Below are positions 1-14,328 of a stretch of DNA of 64,000 nucleotides, one piece after another (position 1 is the stretch's first letter; the number at the start of each line of letters is the position of its first letter). Source of the DNA: Veleropilina oligotropha (lineage: Eukaryota); assembly GCA_048128005.1 (NCBI GenBank), contig JBEUKZ010000019.1:620001-684000 (forward strand), written 5' to 3'. The position numbers and the translations under genes are program-made. Below the pieces are notes generated by a model. That model saw nothing but the letters and a program-made list of their open reading frames with translations, had not been told where the DNA came from and ran no database searches.

Positions 1-804
1 TGAAATGTATAGAAATTTCAAGGAAATTTTCAAGAGAATTCATTAAATTCAAAGTTGGCAGTTATTAGTTATTAGTTCTTATTAATTAGTTATTACTTAT
101 TAGCTATTATTAAATTTCATGGACCTGTTATTATTGACACAACACCTTATTTCTATTCACAACATTATGACATACACATACATACAGACAGACTCGCATA
201 CATCTTCCACCTTTACGAATTTCATGTAAATTAAATTTGTTGACAAATTAAATATAAAATAGATGCTACAAGGGCAATAGTACCTTCACGGGAACAGTCT
301 GCTATTGACTTAACTGTTGTCCTTCCTTTCTCATATCCATTATGTTATGTATATTTATTTGTGTACAAATACGATTTCATTAAGGAAAATAAATATCTAT
401 CTATGTAGCCTTCTGTTGGCTAAATGTTTACTTAAGCCTGATAGCAGAACTTCTCAAGGGCCTTGCTGTCCACTGGACAGGGTTGGCGCGCGGCTTTATG
501 ACACCTCAAAGAGACAGGCTCATAAACTGCCTACTTCATCTGATAAGGCAATTAGCACTGAGCTGGTCGCGCCAAAATGAGACGAGGAATTAAAATAGTA
601 TTTTTTAAACAATGAAAGTACTTATTGTATTCTTGTCACAATTCTCTAATATAACGATCTTTATATAGTATATTTTATGCGAAAATCTGGAAGAAAAAGG
701 ACGATTTTTAGAGGCGCTATGAAGCAATATTCATCTAAAAAAACTAAGTCTAATAACTCTCAAGCAACTCATTTTAGCGATGTATTCTATAGATATTACA
801 TTAG

Positions 805-3800
805 CAGTGTTCTCCCCAGGATCTTCAAGCCATGCGGGCCGCATGGCTTTAGTCCGGGAAAATAACATGCCGCATGGCTTAAAAAATGCCGCCAGGCGTA
901 AATTTGCTGAAGCCAAATTTAATTCAATCAAGTCTTTCTTTTCATTAATATGTGATTGGTCAATTCTTTAACAATATCATGCAAAACTAATGACTAATGG
1001 AATATATCTTACCTGTTCTGTCTTATAACATTGAAGCGGCAAGAATGCGCTATGTGTATTGTCGATGCTACACCAACAGAAGCTTTTGTTGCTTGTCCTC
1101 ATTTGCAGTATTACTGAACGTTCTAATTAGGAAATCGAACCTGGCCAAGAAACTCGAACGTGGCCAAGCAACCCTGCAGACGTCTCAAAACTAACAAATG
1201 AGCACGCGCGCATCGATCGGTGGCGAATGAATTCACTTCAAATGTCTAAGAGCGATTAAGAAACGGTTATCGGTGGATCTTTTGAAATGACTGATTCAAC
1301 TGCAAAACGGAAAAAATGTAGTCAGGCGAAATTAAGTTCATTTTTCTCTGCTGAAAGGCAACAAAACGTTGATGCCGTTGATGAATCAAATGCACCGCAT
1401 GCATCTACTTGTAAACACAGAAAATCCGGATTTGACCGCAAGTGGTTACAGGATTTTGCATGGTTGGAAGTGAGAGATTCAGACAGCGGTATGTTCTGCA
1501 AGTTGTGCAAGAAACACAACCGAAGACCACAACGAGTAAAACAAGGGTCTGCAAAATGGGTAGACATTCCGTGTTTTAACTTTATGCGACTAACTTTAAC
1601 TGAACACGAGAAAGCTACCACAATGATGCCCTGAAAATGGAAACACAACTTGGCATTGCAAATGTTGACGGTGGTATCCAAGGGGCGTTCGAACAAGTTA
1701 TTAGCGCTGAACGAAAGGCTTTTATTGGTCACTTAAAATGCATGTATTGGCTAATAAAGACAGAAGTACCACACACTACTAACTTTGAATCATTAATTGA
1801 TTTATGTCAGTCGCTTGGATGCGAGTATCTCAGTGATATTAAAAAAGGTGACAATGCAAGCTATACATCCGAACGGTTTATGCAAGAGGTTGTGGAAGTC
1901 CTCGGAAAAGTTGTGCAGGATGAAATTCTCCATGAGCTAAAAAAATCACCATTCTTTGCTATTGTGGCAGACGAAACAACTGACATTGCCGTACTGGAAC
2001 AACTGATTCTGTACGCAAGATACATTAACGATACAGGGATAGTGAAATGTTCTTTCCTTGGAACATTCGAGATTCCAAATTGTAAGTCTCAAACAATAAC
2101 TGACAAAATTTGTAGCGAGGCCGACGCTCTTGGTCTTTCCTTATCTGAAAAGATGTGTGGATTTGGAAGTGATGGAGCGAGTATTATGATTGGAAAGAGG
2201 AATGGAGTGGCTGCAAAACTAAAAGACAAAGTCCCATGGTTAGTGAACAGTCACTGCGTGGCGCATAGGCTCGCTCTTGCTTGTTCACAAGCTGCAGATG
2301 AGGTGCCATATATGAAGAAATTTAAAGCTATTTTGGCACAACTGTATCGGTTTTATGAGCACTCATCAGTTAGGACGGCAGGTCTGAAAGATATTCAGAA
2401 TGTTCTTTCTGCACCAGATCTTCATTTGAAAAGAGCAAGTGATACAAGGTGGCTGTCGCATGATCTGGCAGTTACAGCAGTTCGTAAATCGTTGCCTTCT
2501 GTCATTACAAGCTTAAAAAGAGAGTCAACAGAGCGAAATGACGCCCAAGCGCTTGGTCTGTTAAAGTTTGTTTGTACATATAAATTCGTTGCATGTCTTT
2601 ACATGATGAGCGATGTATTGCCCATTCTTTCACACTTGTCAAAACTTTTTCAAAAGAAAAGTTTAGACTTTTCACTAATACAACCATTGGTAACGTCTAC
2701 AACTACGCAGTTGGAGGTACTACAGAGTAGACCCGGGATGTTCTTTCAAACTGTGGATGATGTTCTTGTCAATTCTCTGAAAGACTTCAACATAAAGCCT
2801 GTTGAATTGACAACTTCGACGAAGGACGACTTCATTCGCACGATCTACAAAAAATATTTGCGTAGTATCTGCATGCATATCGAGGAAAGATTTCCAGATG
2901 CTGGTCTACTGGGGGCGTTTTCAATCTTTGATTCAACTAACTGGCCAGATCAGTACATCCCAGGCTTTGGAGAAGAGCAGATCAACGAACTGGTCGATCA
3001 CTATCATGCTGTTGTTGACAAGGAATGCGCATTAGGTGAATGGAAAACATTCGTAACTGCAGTGCAAGAAAAGCCTGACTTAAAAGGCAAGGATAGTAGA
3101 GAATTGTTAACTGCTCTTGTCAGGTTACCTTCGCTTCAAGACATATTTCCTAACCTGTGTAAACTTGCAATAATCGCGCTAGTGATACCAATGTCAAGCG
3201 CTGATTGCGAGAGAGGATTTTCAACACTCAAGAGAATCAAGACCAGGTTACGGAATAGACTCAGCAATCGTATCCTGAACTATCTTTTAATGATTTCTAT
3301 CGAGGGCCCAGATCTGCAAAAATTTGATTTTAATAAAGCAGTCGATAAATGGGCTGCACAAAGAAATCGAAGAATTAACGTTACTTCATAGAGGCGAACA
3401 GACAAACAAATTTATTATATGTGCTTGCAACAGTGAAAATTGTCGAAGAGCAATACATCCATTTAATATGGTGCTATAGCAGGTTACCTAAATATTTCAT
3501 TCGTAGTGTAATAATTAAAATTTCAATAATTGTTTTCCTGATATTGAATTTTGTTATTGATTTTACCTTAGCATATTTCATCGGAAATATTTTTAAAGTA
3601 GTATAAAAATGGCTCATTTTGAAGCAATAATGTTATCACTGTAATCTTCTTAAAGTGCAGGAAAACGACTATTTTGGGGCCTTATTTTTTTTTAAATCCG
3701 GGGGGGAGCATGCCCCCGGATGGTCAGGCGCGGATCCACTGTACCGGCGACTTACGCCCGGGCGGTAGTCAGATTTTGAAGTTTTACATTAGACTAGTAA

Positions 3801-4056
3801 ATGCATGAAAAAATGCAAAATTATAATTTAAATGAGATTATTACAATCGGTTTGTAAACAGTTTCTTTACCTTGAATGGCTTTATTATGGAGGGCATGTT
3901 GCTTCTCAGGAAGCATCAGATTGCTTGAAAGGCATCCAAAAATACAAAATTTTGTGTTGGGGCCCTAGTGCGGGCCACAAACCCCCGGCCGATTGTGAGT
4001 ATGTATATACATTCAAGTTTTCCCCTGGCTTTAAATAATTCCTGGGGAGAACACTG
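805..4056 (+). mobile_element. hAT-superfamily DNA transposon (ZNF862-like transposase) with 5-bp TSD, in a presumed FAM120 intron
   Basis: Perfect 17-bp TIRs cagtgttctccccagga (805) / tcctggggagaacactg (ends 4056); ATTAG on both flanks (800-804, 4057-4061); encloses the transposase ORFs. Confidence 0.93.
1287..3391 (+). pseudogene. hAT transposase split by one frameshift near 1612 (ORFs 1287-1634 and 1637-3391)
   Basis: N-terminal zinc finger (WLE..MFCKLC..EHEK) continues as SYHNDALKMETQ in another frame; hAT motifs DETTD, GSDGAS, HCVAH, TRWLS and C-terminal CERGFSTLKRIKTRLRNRL. Confidence 0.9.
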
Positions 4057-4448
4057 ATTAGATATTTTCGATACGAATAAAATGAATTGCGTCACGTTTC
4101 ATATAAATGAAAATTAAAGAAGTTACAGTCAATTTAATATTAAATTTAATGTCTTCATAACTCCTTTTTAATTTGTCTCACAAAGTATTCCATTAGAACA
4201 ACATATACCGATATAATGCTTTGTCAAAACTACCAAGTGTCGATAAGATCACGCTACTCAGTTCTGAGAAAAGCGCATTTTAATGTTTTAAAAAAATCAA
4301 AGATTGCGACGAAACCATGGCATTTATTGGCTAAAATTTTGCGGCAAACATTACTTGATATCGATGCGCACTCACCCTGGAAGATTGGAAAGATTTCGTC
4401 GAGTGCATTGAAAGATACTGCAGAAATGAAAAATTGAAAAAACTTCAA

Positions 4449-4778
4449 AATTTTGTCAAGATTAGGACGCCCGTAGCGATCTTAGCATTGAAAAAATGAA
4501 AATTTCATTTCCAAGAGATTGTTGTCTCAATAGTCTAGATCATGCCTTTGAAGATTTTGTCTCGATCTCGAAAGCCGTGTAAGACTTATATCGTTTTTGA
4601 AAAGAGGTCATGTTTAATTTTGTCAAGATTAGGACGCCCGTAGCGATCTTAGCATTGAAAAAATGAAAATTTCATTTCCAGGAGATTGTTGTCTCAATAG
4701 TCTAGATCATGCCTTTGAAGATTTTGTCTCGATCTCGAAAGCCGTGTAAGACTTATATCGTTTTTGAAAAGAGGTCAT
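4449..4778. repeat. Near-perfect tandem duplication of ~168 bp
   Basis: attttgtcaagattaggacgcccgtagcg...aaaagaggtcat occurs at ~4449 and again at ~4617. Confidence 0.85.
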
Positions 4779-5016
4779 ATTTTTTTACAAAATTTAAGAT
4801 TACGACCAAAGCATAAAATCCCGAAACTTGAAAATAGAACGAGGCAATGCTTCAATGATGTGCCCAAGCACACATGAATTTTGAAAGCTGTACCTATAGC
4901 CGTTTTCGCGCTAAAGTGCCCACAAAAAAACGTCAGAATAAGAATAATAACCGGTACAATTTCAATAGGGCTTCAAGCTTGAAAGTGCTCAAGCTTGAAG
5001 CAGCTTGATGCCCTAA

Positions 5017-5718
5017 TTATGTCTTCCCTACCCTGTGGGGAGACATTGTTTTTGTACCGGCCGTTTGTCTGTCACGCTTTGGTTTCCGGACTATAACTAC
5101 CGTTTCGTTCAGCGATTAAGCTTATATTTGGTACACAGGTTGCTTATGAGGAGAGGTCGCTTAGGATTGCTTTTCAGGTCGGTACGTCAAAGGTCATGTG
5201 ATCTGTGACTAAAAATAGAATTTTGGCTCAAATTTGGTTTACGGACGATAACTACTCATGTTGGTTGTTCATGCCCATATTTGGTACACAGCTCGCTCAT
5301 GAGGAGAACATTCTTGGGATTGCATTTGAGAACGATCGTTCAAAGGTCACGTGGCCTGTTGCTAAAAATAGAATTTTGATTGCGATTTGCTTTCCAGTCG
5401 ATAACTACCATTCATATTTAGCAATCTTCCCCATATTTAACTGGCAGGTTGTCTATGAGGAAAGGATGCTTGGGATTGCGCTTGATGTCAATCGGTCAAA
5501 GATCACATGACCTGTTGTTAAAAATAGAATTTTTCACAAATTTTATTGTGATTTGTTATCCAGATAGTAACTACTGTTTCATATTTAGCAGATGTAGCAT
5601 ATAAAGAAAGGATGCTTGAAATTGCATTTGAGGTCAAGATCACATGACCTGTTGCTAAAAATAGAATTTCATGCAGGGGAGACATTCCTGTTATTGTGGA
5701 CAAGAACAACGTCTAGTT
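5017..5718 (+). mobile_element. HINE-like (non-autonomous Helentron-type) element with ~120-bp internal repeats
   Basis: Subterminal inverted repeat atgtcttccc/gggagacat, short gtct microsatellite, repeated ctaaaaatagaattt units, ends gtctagtt. Confidence 0.6.
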
Positions 5719-6213
5719 TATATTTAAAATAATGGTACGTCACCACCTCGATCAAGTTTGACCGTTTCACCAAATAAAACATTTTCAGAAATATGTATCA
5801 TTCTGTATCATTAAAACTTGGCACCGTATAAATTATTGTATGAGCAGCAAAATGTAATCTGCATACACAACATATATGTAGACAACCGAATACAAAACAA
5901 TCACAGACATGCATGCCAGCCAATCCATGCATATCTACAGCCCTTTATGAATGGTAAAGTTCTTGTGGAAATTTTGATAAATATTTGAAATTTCGATAAA
6001 TACTGTTTTTAAAGTTATTTCACATTTAAGTGGCAGACATCAACAACTTTCATCTTTTAAAATCCTTTCTAATCCCACTGTATTTGTGGTTTTAATTAAA
6101 AAAAACAACAAATCCAAAAAAGTAAATTTTCAAAATAAAATAAAAGTCCATAATGAATTTCCCCCTCAAAATTCCAAAACATTCTCCCGTATCCGAGGTC
6201 CTTCCCTTTTCAG

Positions 6214-6420
6214 CTTCCTCAGATCCTGCACCGTGGGATCCAGCTGGCTGCGCTCTTCATGTCCGGCGTGGAGACAGCCATCTTTGCTAATGATGTCTGC
6301 GGTGCGCCCATCCCGTGGAACATGTGCTGCCCCTGGCTGTTTTTCGACGGCAAGCTGCTTCATTTCAAACTGCTGAAGGCAAACAACAACACACCTCTCA
6401 TCGACATGTGCGATGGACAA
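6214..6420 (+). CDS. FAM120A: FAM120A/C-like (constitutive coactivator of PPARG-like) internal exon
   Basis: ccttttcag|LPQILHRGIQLAALFMSGVETAIFANDVCGAPIPWNMCCPWLFFDGKLLHFKLLKANNNTPLIDMCDGQ|gtaagt; the NDxCGxPIPW..CPWxxFDGKL motif is characteristic of FAM120; phase 0/0. Confidence 0.93.
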
Positions 6421-7084
6421 GTAAGTATGTGGATAAAAGTCGACAGTGTATGGCAATTTTATTGTGAAATCGATAAATGAGGATTATAGACGTTTTGGGT
6501 TTGACGAAGAATCTTCAGCCTCAAAGACTTTAAGAATCATTTAATTAATTATCAACTTATCTAGCTAATAAATAGTAACTTTTGCAATCAAAATGTTAAT
6601 ACATTTACAGCAACGGTTTCTCATTTTAGTGCTGAGGTTTTTCATACGTATTAATTTTTCAAAATCAGACTTTTGCGACTTCATATTGACATGTGATATT
6701 CTTTATTACTATTATTCAGCAAATTTACTTTTAGAAGTTTTTTGACACTGAAATCTCCCGACGTTTCGGGCATTATTAAAAGGCCTTGGTCACGTGATGT
6801 TTACTCTTGCGTAACTGCTGCTCAGAAATCGTGTTGAGCATCGTCAACTTTAGGACCATGAGCAATCTATTCTTCAATTTAAATAGCTGCAAAGCATTAA
6901 ATTTTGTAAATATTGGTAAATTTGGGTATAATTTGGCAGGATTAACATCAATTTCTCCATTAAGTGGAGAATGTTCCACACTTGATTTGAATTTTTTTGT
7001 CTATATCTTTTGTAACCATTCACACAATGTGTGTTATGTCGTGTCCGGCAGCACTAGTACACTTTACCTCCGCATCTGCTGTAG

Positions 7085-7397
7085 GTGGACCAAGTGCTCC
7101 GAGTTGAGCGCATGCGGCAGGCCATCACGGAGAATCTGCGCGTGGACTTCGCCAAGCCCTTTCTGACGTCGCCCGACATGTACGCCAACTATCCGTATCC
7201 ACCCTTCCCCTCGTCCCCTCCACAGCACATGGATTTCCGCCCAGCTGGGTCCGGTATGCACGGACACGCCCCTCCAGGAATGCCCGGCAGGGGCAGAGGC
7301 ATCCTCGGAGAGCACATGAGCTTCAGGCGGCCAGGGGCCAACATGCATCCCTGCCCGCCACCGCCTGGGCCGCCAGGAAGCGGCCATGGAATACTGG
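7085..7397 (+). CDS. FAM120A: FAM120A/C-like exon (VDQVLRVERMRQAITENL..., Pro/Gly-rich)
   Basis: ctgtag| acceptor and |gtaaga donor; in frame with the previous exon; ends in phase 1. Confidence 0.88.
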
Positions 7398-7540
7398 GTA
7401 AGATGCACACATGAATAGCTACGGATATTTCCATAGTTGCCTGTTGTTAGATGAGATGAAGAGTCGAAGATTACAACCCACCACACTGATGGAAGCAAAC
7501 AAGCTGAAAAAATAATCTTCAATTTGTAAACATCGTGACA

Positions 7541-8147
7541 TTATTATGCCCCCACCATTTAGATTTACCCTTGTCCGTCTGTCCCGTCCATCCGTACCAT
7601 CCCGAAAACCAGTATTGCGTGCGAGTAACTCCATTCTGCTATAACTTCCATCAGCCTTCATGGATTGACTTGATATTTCATACACTTGCTTATCATCATT
7701 CATACTTCGCTTCTGCGACACACCCATGTCGCCCCAAGGTCAAGGTCAAATGACTTAGCTTTTAGGACCAGTATTTGCGTGTGAATAACTCCATTCTGCT
7801 ATCAGTTCCATCTGCCTTCATGGATTGACTTGATACTTCATACACTAGCTTATCATCATTCATACTTCCCTACTGCGACCCACCATGTCACCCCTATGCC
7901 CAAGGGCATGGTCAAAGGACTTAGCTTTTCGGACCAGTATTTGCATGCAAGTAACTCCATTCTGCTATAACTTCCATCTGCCTTCATGGATTGACTTGAT
8001 ACACTTGCTTATCATTATTCGTACTTCTTTTCTGCGACTCACCCATGCCATTAACTGTCTGTAAATAACTCCACAAAACGATCTTCACTGCCCCTATGGT
8101 CAAGGCGGCCAGTGGGGGCATTCGTGTCCGATCGACACATTTCTAGT
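7541..8147 (+). mobile_element. HINE-like element with ~160-bp internal tandem units
   Basis: Shares its 5' end (tttagatttac.cttgtccgtc plus gtcc microsatellite) and 3' end (gccagtgggggcatt..acatttctagt) with the copies at 8287 and 16678. Confidence 0.7.
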
Positions 8148-8286
8148 GCTATATGTATGCATGTACTAGTAAGTTAGTATATATTGACCGTGTATTAGTC
8201 ATGTTTATAAAGAAAAATGATGCATGCGATCAATGCTCGATAAGATGCACAATGATTATATCTTAATTTGTTTTAAATTGAAATAT

Positions 8287-8507
8287 TTTTATGCCACCAC
8301 CAATTTATTGGGGTGGCATTTAGATTTACTCTTGTCCGTCCCGTCCGTCCCGTCCCGTCCGTCCCGAAACCAGTATTTGCGTGTAAGCAACTCCAATCTG
8401 CTATTACTTCTATTTGCCTTCATGGATTGACTTCATACTTTGTACACTGCCCCTATGGTCAAGGCTGCCAGTGGGGGCATTGGTGTCCGATGGACATATT
8501 TCTAGTT
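8287..8507 (+). mobile_element. Short HINE-like element
   Basis: atgccaccaccaat/attggggtggcat hairpin, (gtcc)n tract, ends ttctagtt; near-identical to 16678-16909. Confidence 0.75.
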
Positions 8508-9371
8508 TTGGTTTACATTAATCATTGTTATATATATATAAATTTATAATATATATGCGTTTAAAGGGTGTTCCATGATGCATCGTTTGGTGCAAAAATT
8601 ATGGCCATAGCTAACAGAAAATGCGAGAAATTTTGCCCAGTTGAGGTAGGGGTTAAAACCAGAAATAACACTTTAATAAACGGGTATGGCCACCTCTTGA
8701 ATTGACCACTGCAGTGCATCGCCGGTGCATAAAATTTACTAAACTGTTGATTTTTGCCTGTGGAATATTGTTCCATTCCTGAATGAGTGCTTGACTTCAG
8801 TTCATTGACGTTCGTGGGTGGGTTGGGACGAAGCCTCGCTCGTCTGTTCAGATTATCCCAGACGTGCTCGATCGGGTCGAGATCAGGACTTTTAGCGGGC
8901 CAGTCATCAATGAAGTCTATGTTATTTGTCCTAAAATAAATTACCGTGTCGCTAGATGTATGAGATGTGGCATTATCATGCTGAAAAATCTAGATGTTGG
9001 CATTGTTATGGAACCGAGGAATGACGTGATGGGCGAGAATGACATCGTGGTAACATTGAGCATTTAAAATGCCATCAGCGACGACTAGTGGTGAACGGTA
9101 ACCATGGACAATGGCTGCTCAAACCATGACAGAACCCCCCACCCCCGACACGATCTCGTTCAAGAACACAACAGTTAGCATAGCGTTCATTTCTCCTAGT
9201 ACAGGAGACGCGCACCCTATCATCACCACGTTGTAAAGAAAATCAGAATTCATCCGAAAAAAAGAAGGGTATTTCAACGTCGTCGTGTCCAACGAGTGTG
9301 TAGGTCTACACGTACCCAATTAAGATGATTTACATGGTGACGTTGCGTTAAAACGCATCTGACATACGGAC

Positions 9372-9691
9372 CAGGGTTCGCACAGGTCCTTGAAGACCTT
9401 GAAAGTCATGATATTGTATTGATGCTGTTTCAAGGCCCTTGAAGTCATGGAAAATCTGGCATTTGGGCAGAAAGTTTTAGAAGAGTCATTGAATTTTTAT
9501 TTTCATTGTTGTTATCTGACCAAATCTATCTCTGTGGTGGTTGGAGAATAAATATTAGCTATAGTAAAAATGAAATAGAGCGCAGACTAAGCATGGATTG
9601 TTTAGGGTTTAACAATACCTTTGAACTATTTCGTATTCAGAGAGATACCCTTAAAATTCAGAAATTTGTCATTGGAAATCTGTATGGACCC
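9372..9691. mobile_element. MITE (probably hAT-like) inserted in Tc1 copy 1
   Basis: Absent from the paralogous Tc1 copy; imperfect TIR cagggttcgcacag / ctgtatggaccct; degraded duplication tacggac/taaggat. Confidence 0.55.
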
Positions 9692-10051
9692 TTAAGGATG
9701 TCGTGCGTGTTAACTGTTCTTCCGCAGACGATTACGAACAGTTTGCCCACTGACTGATTCTTAATATGAAGCCCAGGTGTGTTAGCAGCAATAGCATTGG
9801 CAGTTTGGAATCGATCGCGCAAATGTGTGTTGATGATATAGCAGTCTTGAACACGTGGATGTCCACGACGTGGCAAGTCTTCGGTGCGTCCTGTCGTTCA
9901 AAATGTTGCGTGAATTTTCGTATAGCTCAGCTAGAACTCCCAACATACATGCAACGTCTTCTGTCGACATTCCTGCATAAGCACACGTTCGCGTAAATTA
10001 TTAGCTATTCTTGGCATATAATACTATAAATGCTACAATGCAAAAATGTTA

Positions 10052-11888
10052 TTTTTATGCCCGCGCCAAAGGCGAAATGGCATATTGTTTCTGTACCGTC
10101 CTGCGTCAACAATTTGGTTAAAGTTTTTCGTTGAGTGTATATGGGTTGTCCAAGGGACTTTTTAGTGTATGTATGCTTTGTTATAGATTATATGGATATC
10201 ATCTGATACTCGGGCAATGATATTTAATAAAATTTTATATAATTAATGAAAATATGATGGTCTCTTTGGACATAGAAGTTTAGGTGAATTTTAGATTAAA
10301 GTTTTTTGTGTCCGCTCTACAGTGAAAAGTTCTAATCCGATTTGATTCAAATTCGGTATGCAAGTTAGTTTTCATGAGGACATGCCGCCTAACAATTTTC
10401 ATCGATTTCGATACAAGATGGGCGCCGTGGAGGTCATTTTGTTTTGAAGAAATTTCTTGTGTGCTCTACAGTGAAGAGTTCTATTCCAATTTCATTCAAA
10501 TTCAGTATGTACGTTCATTATGATCTGGACACGCCGACTAACGTTTTTTGTCGTTTTCAGATTCAAGATGGCGGCCATTTTATTTTGAAGAAATTTCTTG
10601 TGTGTGCTCTACAGTGAAGAGTTCTATTCCGATTTCATTCAAATTCGGTATGCACGTTCGTTATGATGTGGACACGCCGACTAACGATTTTTGTCGTTTT
10701 CTGATTCAAGATGGCTGCCATGGTGGCCATTTTGTTTTGAAGATATTTCTTGTGTCCGCACTACATTGAATTATTCTTATCCGATTTCATTCAAATTCAG
10801 TATGCTCGTTTGTTATGATGGGGACACGCCGCCTTACGATTTTCATCGTTTTCGGATTCAAGATGGCCGCCATCGTTGTCATTTTGTTTTGAGGATATTT
10901 CTTGTGTCTGTTCTACAGTGAAGAGTTCTATTCCGATTTGATTCAAATTCGTAATGCACGTTCATTATGATGAGGACATGCCGTCTAACGATTTTCGTTG
11001 TTTTCGTATTCAAGATGGCTGCCATGGTGGCCAATTTGTTTTGAAGATATTTCTTGTGTCCGTTCTATAGTGAAGAGTGAAGAGTTCTATTCCGATTTGA
11101 TTCAAATTCGGTATGAATGTTCATTATGATGAGGACACACCGTCTAACGATTTTTGTCATTTTAGGATTCAAGATGGCCGCCATGGTGGCCTTTCTGTTT
11201 TGAAGGTATATCTTCTGTGAGCTCTATAGTGAAAAGTTTTTATCCTATTTCATTCAAATTAGATATACTCTTTTGATGTGATGAGGACACTACCCCTATC
11301 GATTTTAACAATTTTCGGATTCAAGATGGCCGTCCTGGCAGTCATTTTGTTTTGAATTGATTTCTTGTGTGCCCTCTACAATGAAAAATTCTAATCCTAT
11401 TGGATTCAAATTCGGTGTGCATGTTGATGAGTTAAGATGAGGAAATGCCACCTAACGATTTTCGTCGTTTTTATTAAAGATGGCCGCCATGGTGGCCATT
11501 TTGTTTTGAAGAATTTTCTTGTGTGCGCTCTATAGTGGAAAGTTCTTATCCGATCTCATTCAAATTCGGTATGGACGTTAGTTATGAGGACACGCCGTGT
11601 AACGATATTCGTCGTTTTTGGATTCAAGATGGCTGCCGTGGTGGCCATTTTGTTTTGAAGAAATTTCCTATGTGCGCTATACAGTGAAAAGTTCTCAACC
11701 AATTTGATTCAAATTTGGTTTGTTTCAAGAGATTTGCATTCTGTTTGATGTTTTATCAATGAGTGCATTACTGCATACTGATTCATACATGAGCTTTGTT
11801 GTTAGCCACCTTTTACTCTGACAGCTTATTTATGGAATTTAGTATAGCATATTAAACCCAATCTTGTGGCCTGCTTCGTTTTTCTAGT
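10052..11888 (+). mobile_element. HINE-like element carrying ~11 tandem copies of a ~125-bp unit (10310-11720)
   Basis: Starts tttttatgccc, ends ttctagtt; unit ctacagtgaagagttctattccgatttcattcaaattcgg...caagatggccgccatggtggccattttg. Confidence 0.75.
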
Positions 11889-12173
11889 TTTTACAAATTT
11901 TGATGCGTTTCCGTTCACTTGACAACAATGTCAGTAAGACAAGTAAAACAAATTGACTGAATACCACACAGGACATGTTGAACCATGCAGGCACGTGCAA
12001 ATCGAGTTTCACATTGCCGACGATCAACATTAAATTAATCGCTAAAATTTATGAATCTTGTTAATATAGGTCAAGGCTAATACTACATATCTAATTTCAT
12101 TTCACAATGATTTCTTGAACACGAAAAAAAATATGTGTACAAATCGGAAGTTTCTTATTTTGTTCAGTATATA

Positions 12174-14050
12174 TCTAAATGCTTAATACTTCGTAAATCT
12201 TCGGATATTTTCGGGTCATTTCATTCGGGAATGATTGGGCTACATCCTGGTGCTTTTAAATCCATAATGGTGGCAGGTTAAGTATTGGTCATTTTTCACC
12301 CGATTTTTTGCCTTTGATAATTAAACGACATGTGTTTTTACATTTAATTGGAATGATTTGTAAGGGAATATGATTAACTTGTGGCCTAGAAGGCCGATTT
12401 TGAAGTGACAAGTGATATTTGCCACTTCGACATTTCTGAATTGGACATCAATAGTATCTAAGCCAGTGACACTTTTGAGGATGATATCGGCAATCGAAAT
12501 GGAGATCATGAATGGTACGATCGATCATTTGACATTCTTGTACTTGCTTTTAATTTAATAATTAAAAATAATTATTCATATAATATAATCTAGCTGTTAA
12601 TGGTAAATAGAATTTGTACTTGAAATAATAATGTACATTTGTAACAAGAAGGCCTATTTCACATTGTGGTGTTGAGTTTCTTCATACACGTGTGAGATAA
12701 TTTTTCAAAGTCTGACAAGGAGACACCATATTGACATAAGATATTCATTATTCTTATTCAACAAATTACAAACAAAGTATACATCAATATACATCTAAAA
12801 AATATAACATACATATGTAAAGCATTTGTTGGCAACAAATGCGAGTCTATGTAATGAGCATGTCGTCTGGCCGTTCGTCCGGCCGTTCATCCGACCGGCG
12901 TCAACAATTGGTTCTCCTGTTAAAGTTTTTGGTTAAAGTTTTTCAATTATGCTATATAAGCAACAATATGCATGTTTTTTATATTTCTATATGCTAGATA
13001 TCACTATTTCATCGTTACCAGCTCGCACTAAATAAATAATATTGAAGGTAATTTCCTTCGAATGTCACCACAAAATTCTGCTTTTGGACTTAAAGTTAAA
13101 AGTTTTTGGTTAGAGATTCTCAATCATGCTATATAAGCAACAATATGCATGTTTTAGCATTACTATATGTTGGATATCACTATTTCATTGTCATCTGACC
13201 ATAAATAAATAATATTGAAGATAATTGTGCCCCCACAAACGAATTTTAAGGGGGCATATAGGAGTCTAAGGACACGAAACTTGATGTGTGGATGCGTCAT
13301 AACCCAAAGGTGTGTCGCATACCAAAAGTAGGTCACTGACATACTTTTCACGCTTGACCACATTCGGTCCAAATTTCCCGCCACTCCATATCTCCCATGC
13401 TATTTGACCAAGGGACACGAAACTTCATGTATGCATGGTTCATATTCCAAAGGCGTGTCAGGTATCAAAAGTAGGTCACTGCGACAGCCTGTTCCTGGGT
13501 CAAGTGCTTTTGTAGGGGCATATGGTCACTTCTGTGATAAGTCTAGTTTAATTCAAATTTAACCATAAAATGCTGCTTTTTCTCAAGCATGCTATATATG
13601 CAACTTTGGCATCGTCCTTTGTCACATATCACTATTTCATTGTCATCTAACCTCAGAGTAGAAATATTGAAAGCAATTTAATTTAAATTCTGCATATTGT
13701 GCTTTTTATACAACTTTTTATATGCTTTATATGTCTAATTCAAATTGACAATGTCATCTACTATTGAATGTAGACACAATACTCATGAAATATAAGTGAT
13801 TGATGTACAGTTCCTCGCATGTATAGCGAATATTCCCAAAATACCTGAGAATAAAAGGTAAAAGTGATCAATTATGCAATTTTTTTATACTCTACAAACA
13901 ATTTTCAAAGCAATACCATATAGCCTATTCAATTATCTTTCAGAAAATATATAAGTATATGTGCATGCAAGCAATATTTTGTGATATAGTGCATTATCTA
14001 TGACAACCTATATACCTCAGCTTCCGTAAAATTTAACTGGCGGTTAAGGG
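12174..14050. mobile_element. 5'-truncated copy of the piggyBac-like element at 20415, with nested HINE-like inserts (~12830-13820)
   Basis: Colinear with 20455-21414; ends ggcggttaaggg. Confidence 0.7.
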
Positions 14051-14328
14051 TTACAGAAATAGATTTTCTATATTTTAGCACTAAACACACTATCCCAATT
14101 ACAAGTCCACAATTGAACTATTTCATTGACTAGGAACATTAATCACACATACAAACAGTGTCAACTCGTTGTGAATCTTTCAGTGCAGCAGAGTAGATTG
14201 ATTTTGTACATGGTATCTTTCCACAAATATCGCAGGCATAACATTCAGATCCTGTTACTTTCTTTTATTGGTCCGAATGACTATACGTTGTTGGGTTGTC
14301 ATTAATCTGTGCATCATGCTTTCCTGTC

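Larger units (their letters stand above)
8550..12167 (-). mobile_element. Degenerate Tc1/mariner transposon, copy 1, with nested insertions
   Basis: Broken transposase (HLRDRFQTANAIAANTPG; xQHDNATSH-type motif); TIR ending ...ttcttattttgttcag followed by TA; colinear with copy 2 at 39366-42101. Confidence 0.8.

Noticed and set aside
7064..7522. 152-aa minus-strand ORF
   Set aside because: It is the antisense shadow of the GC-rich FAM120 exon.
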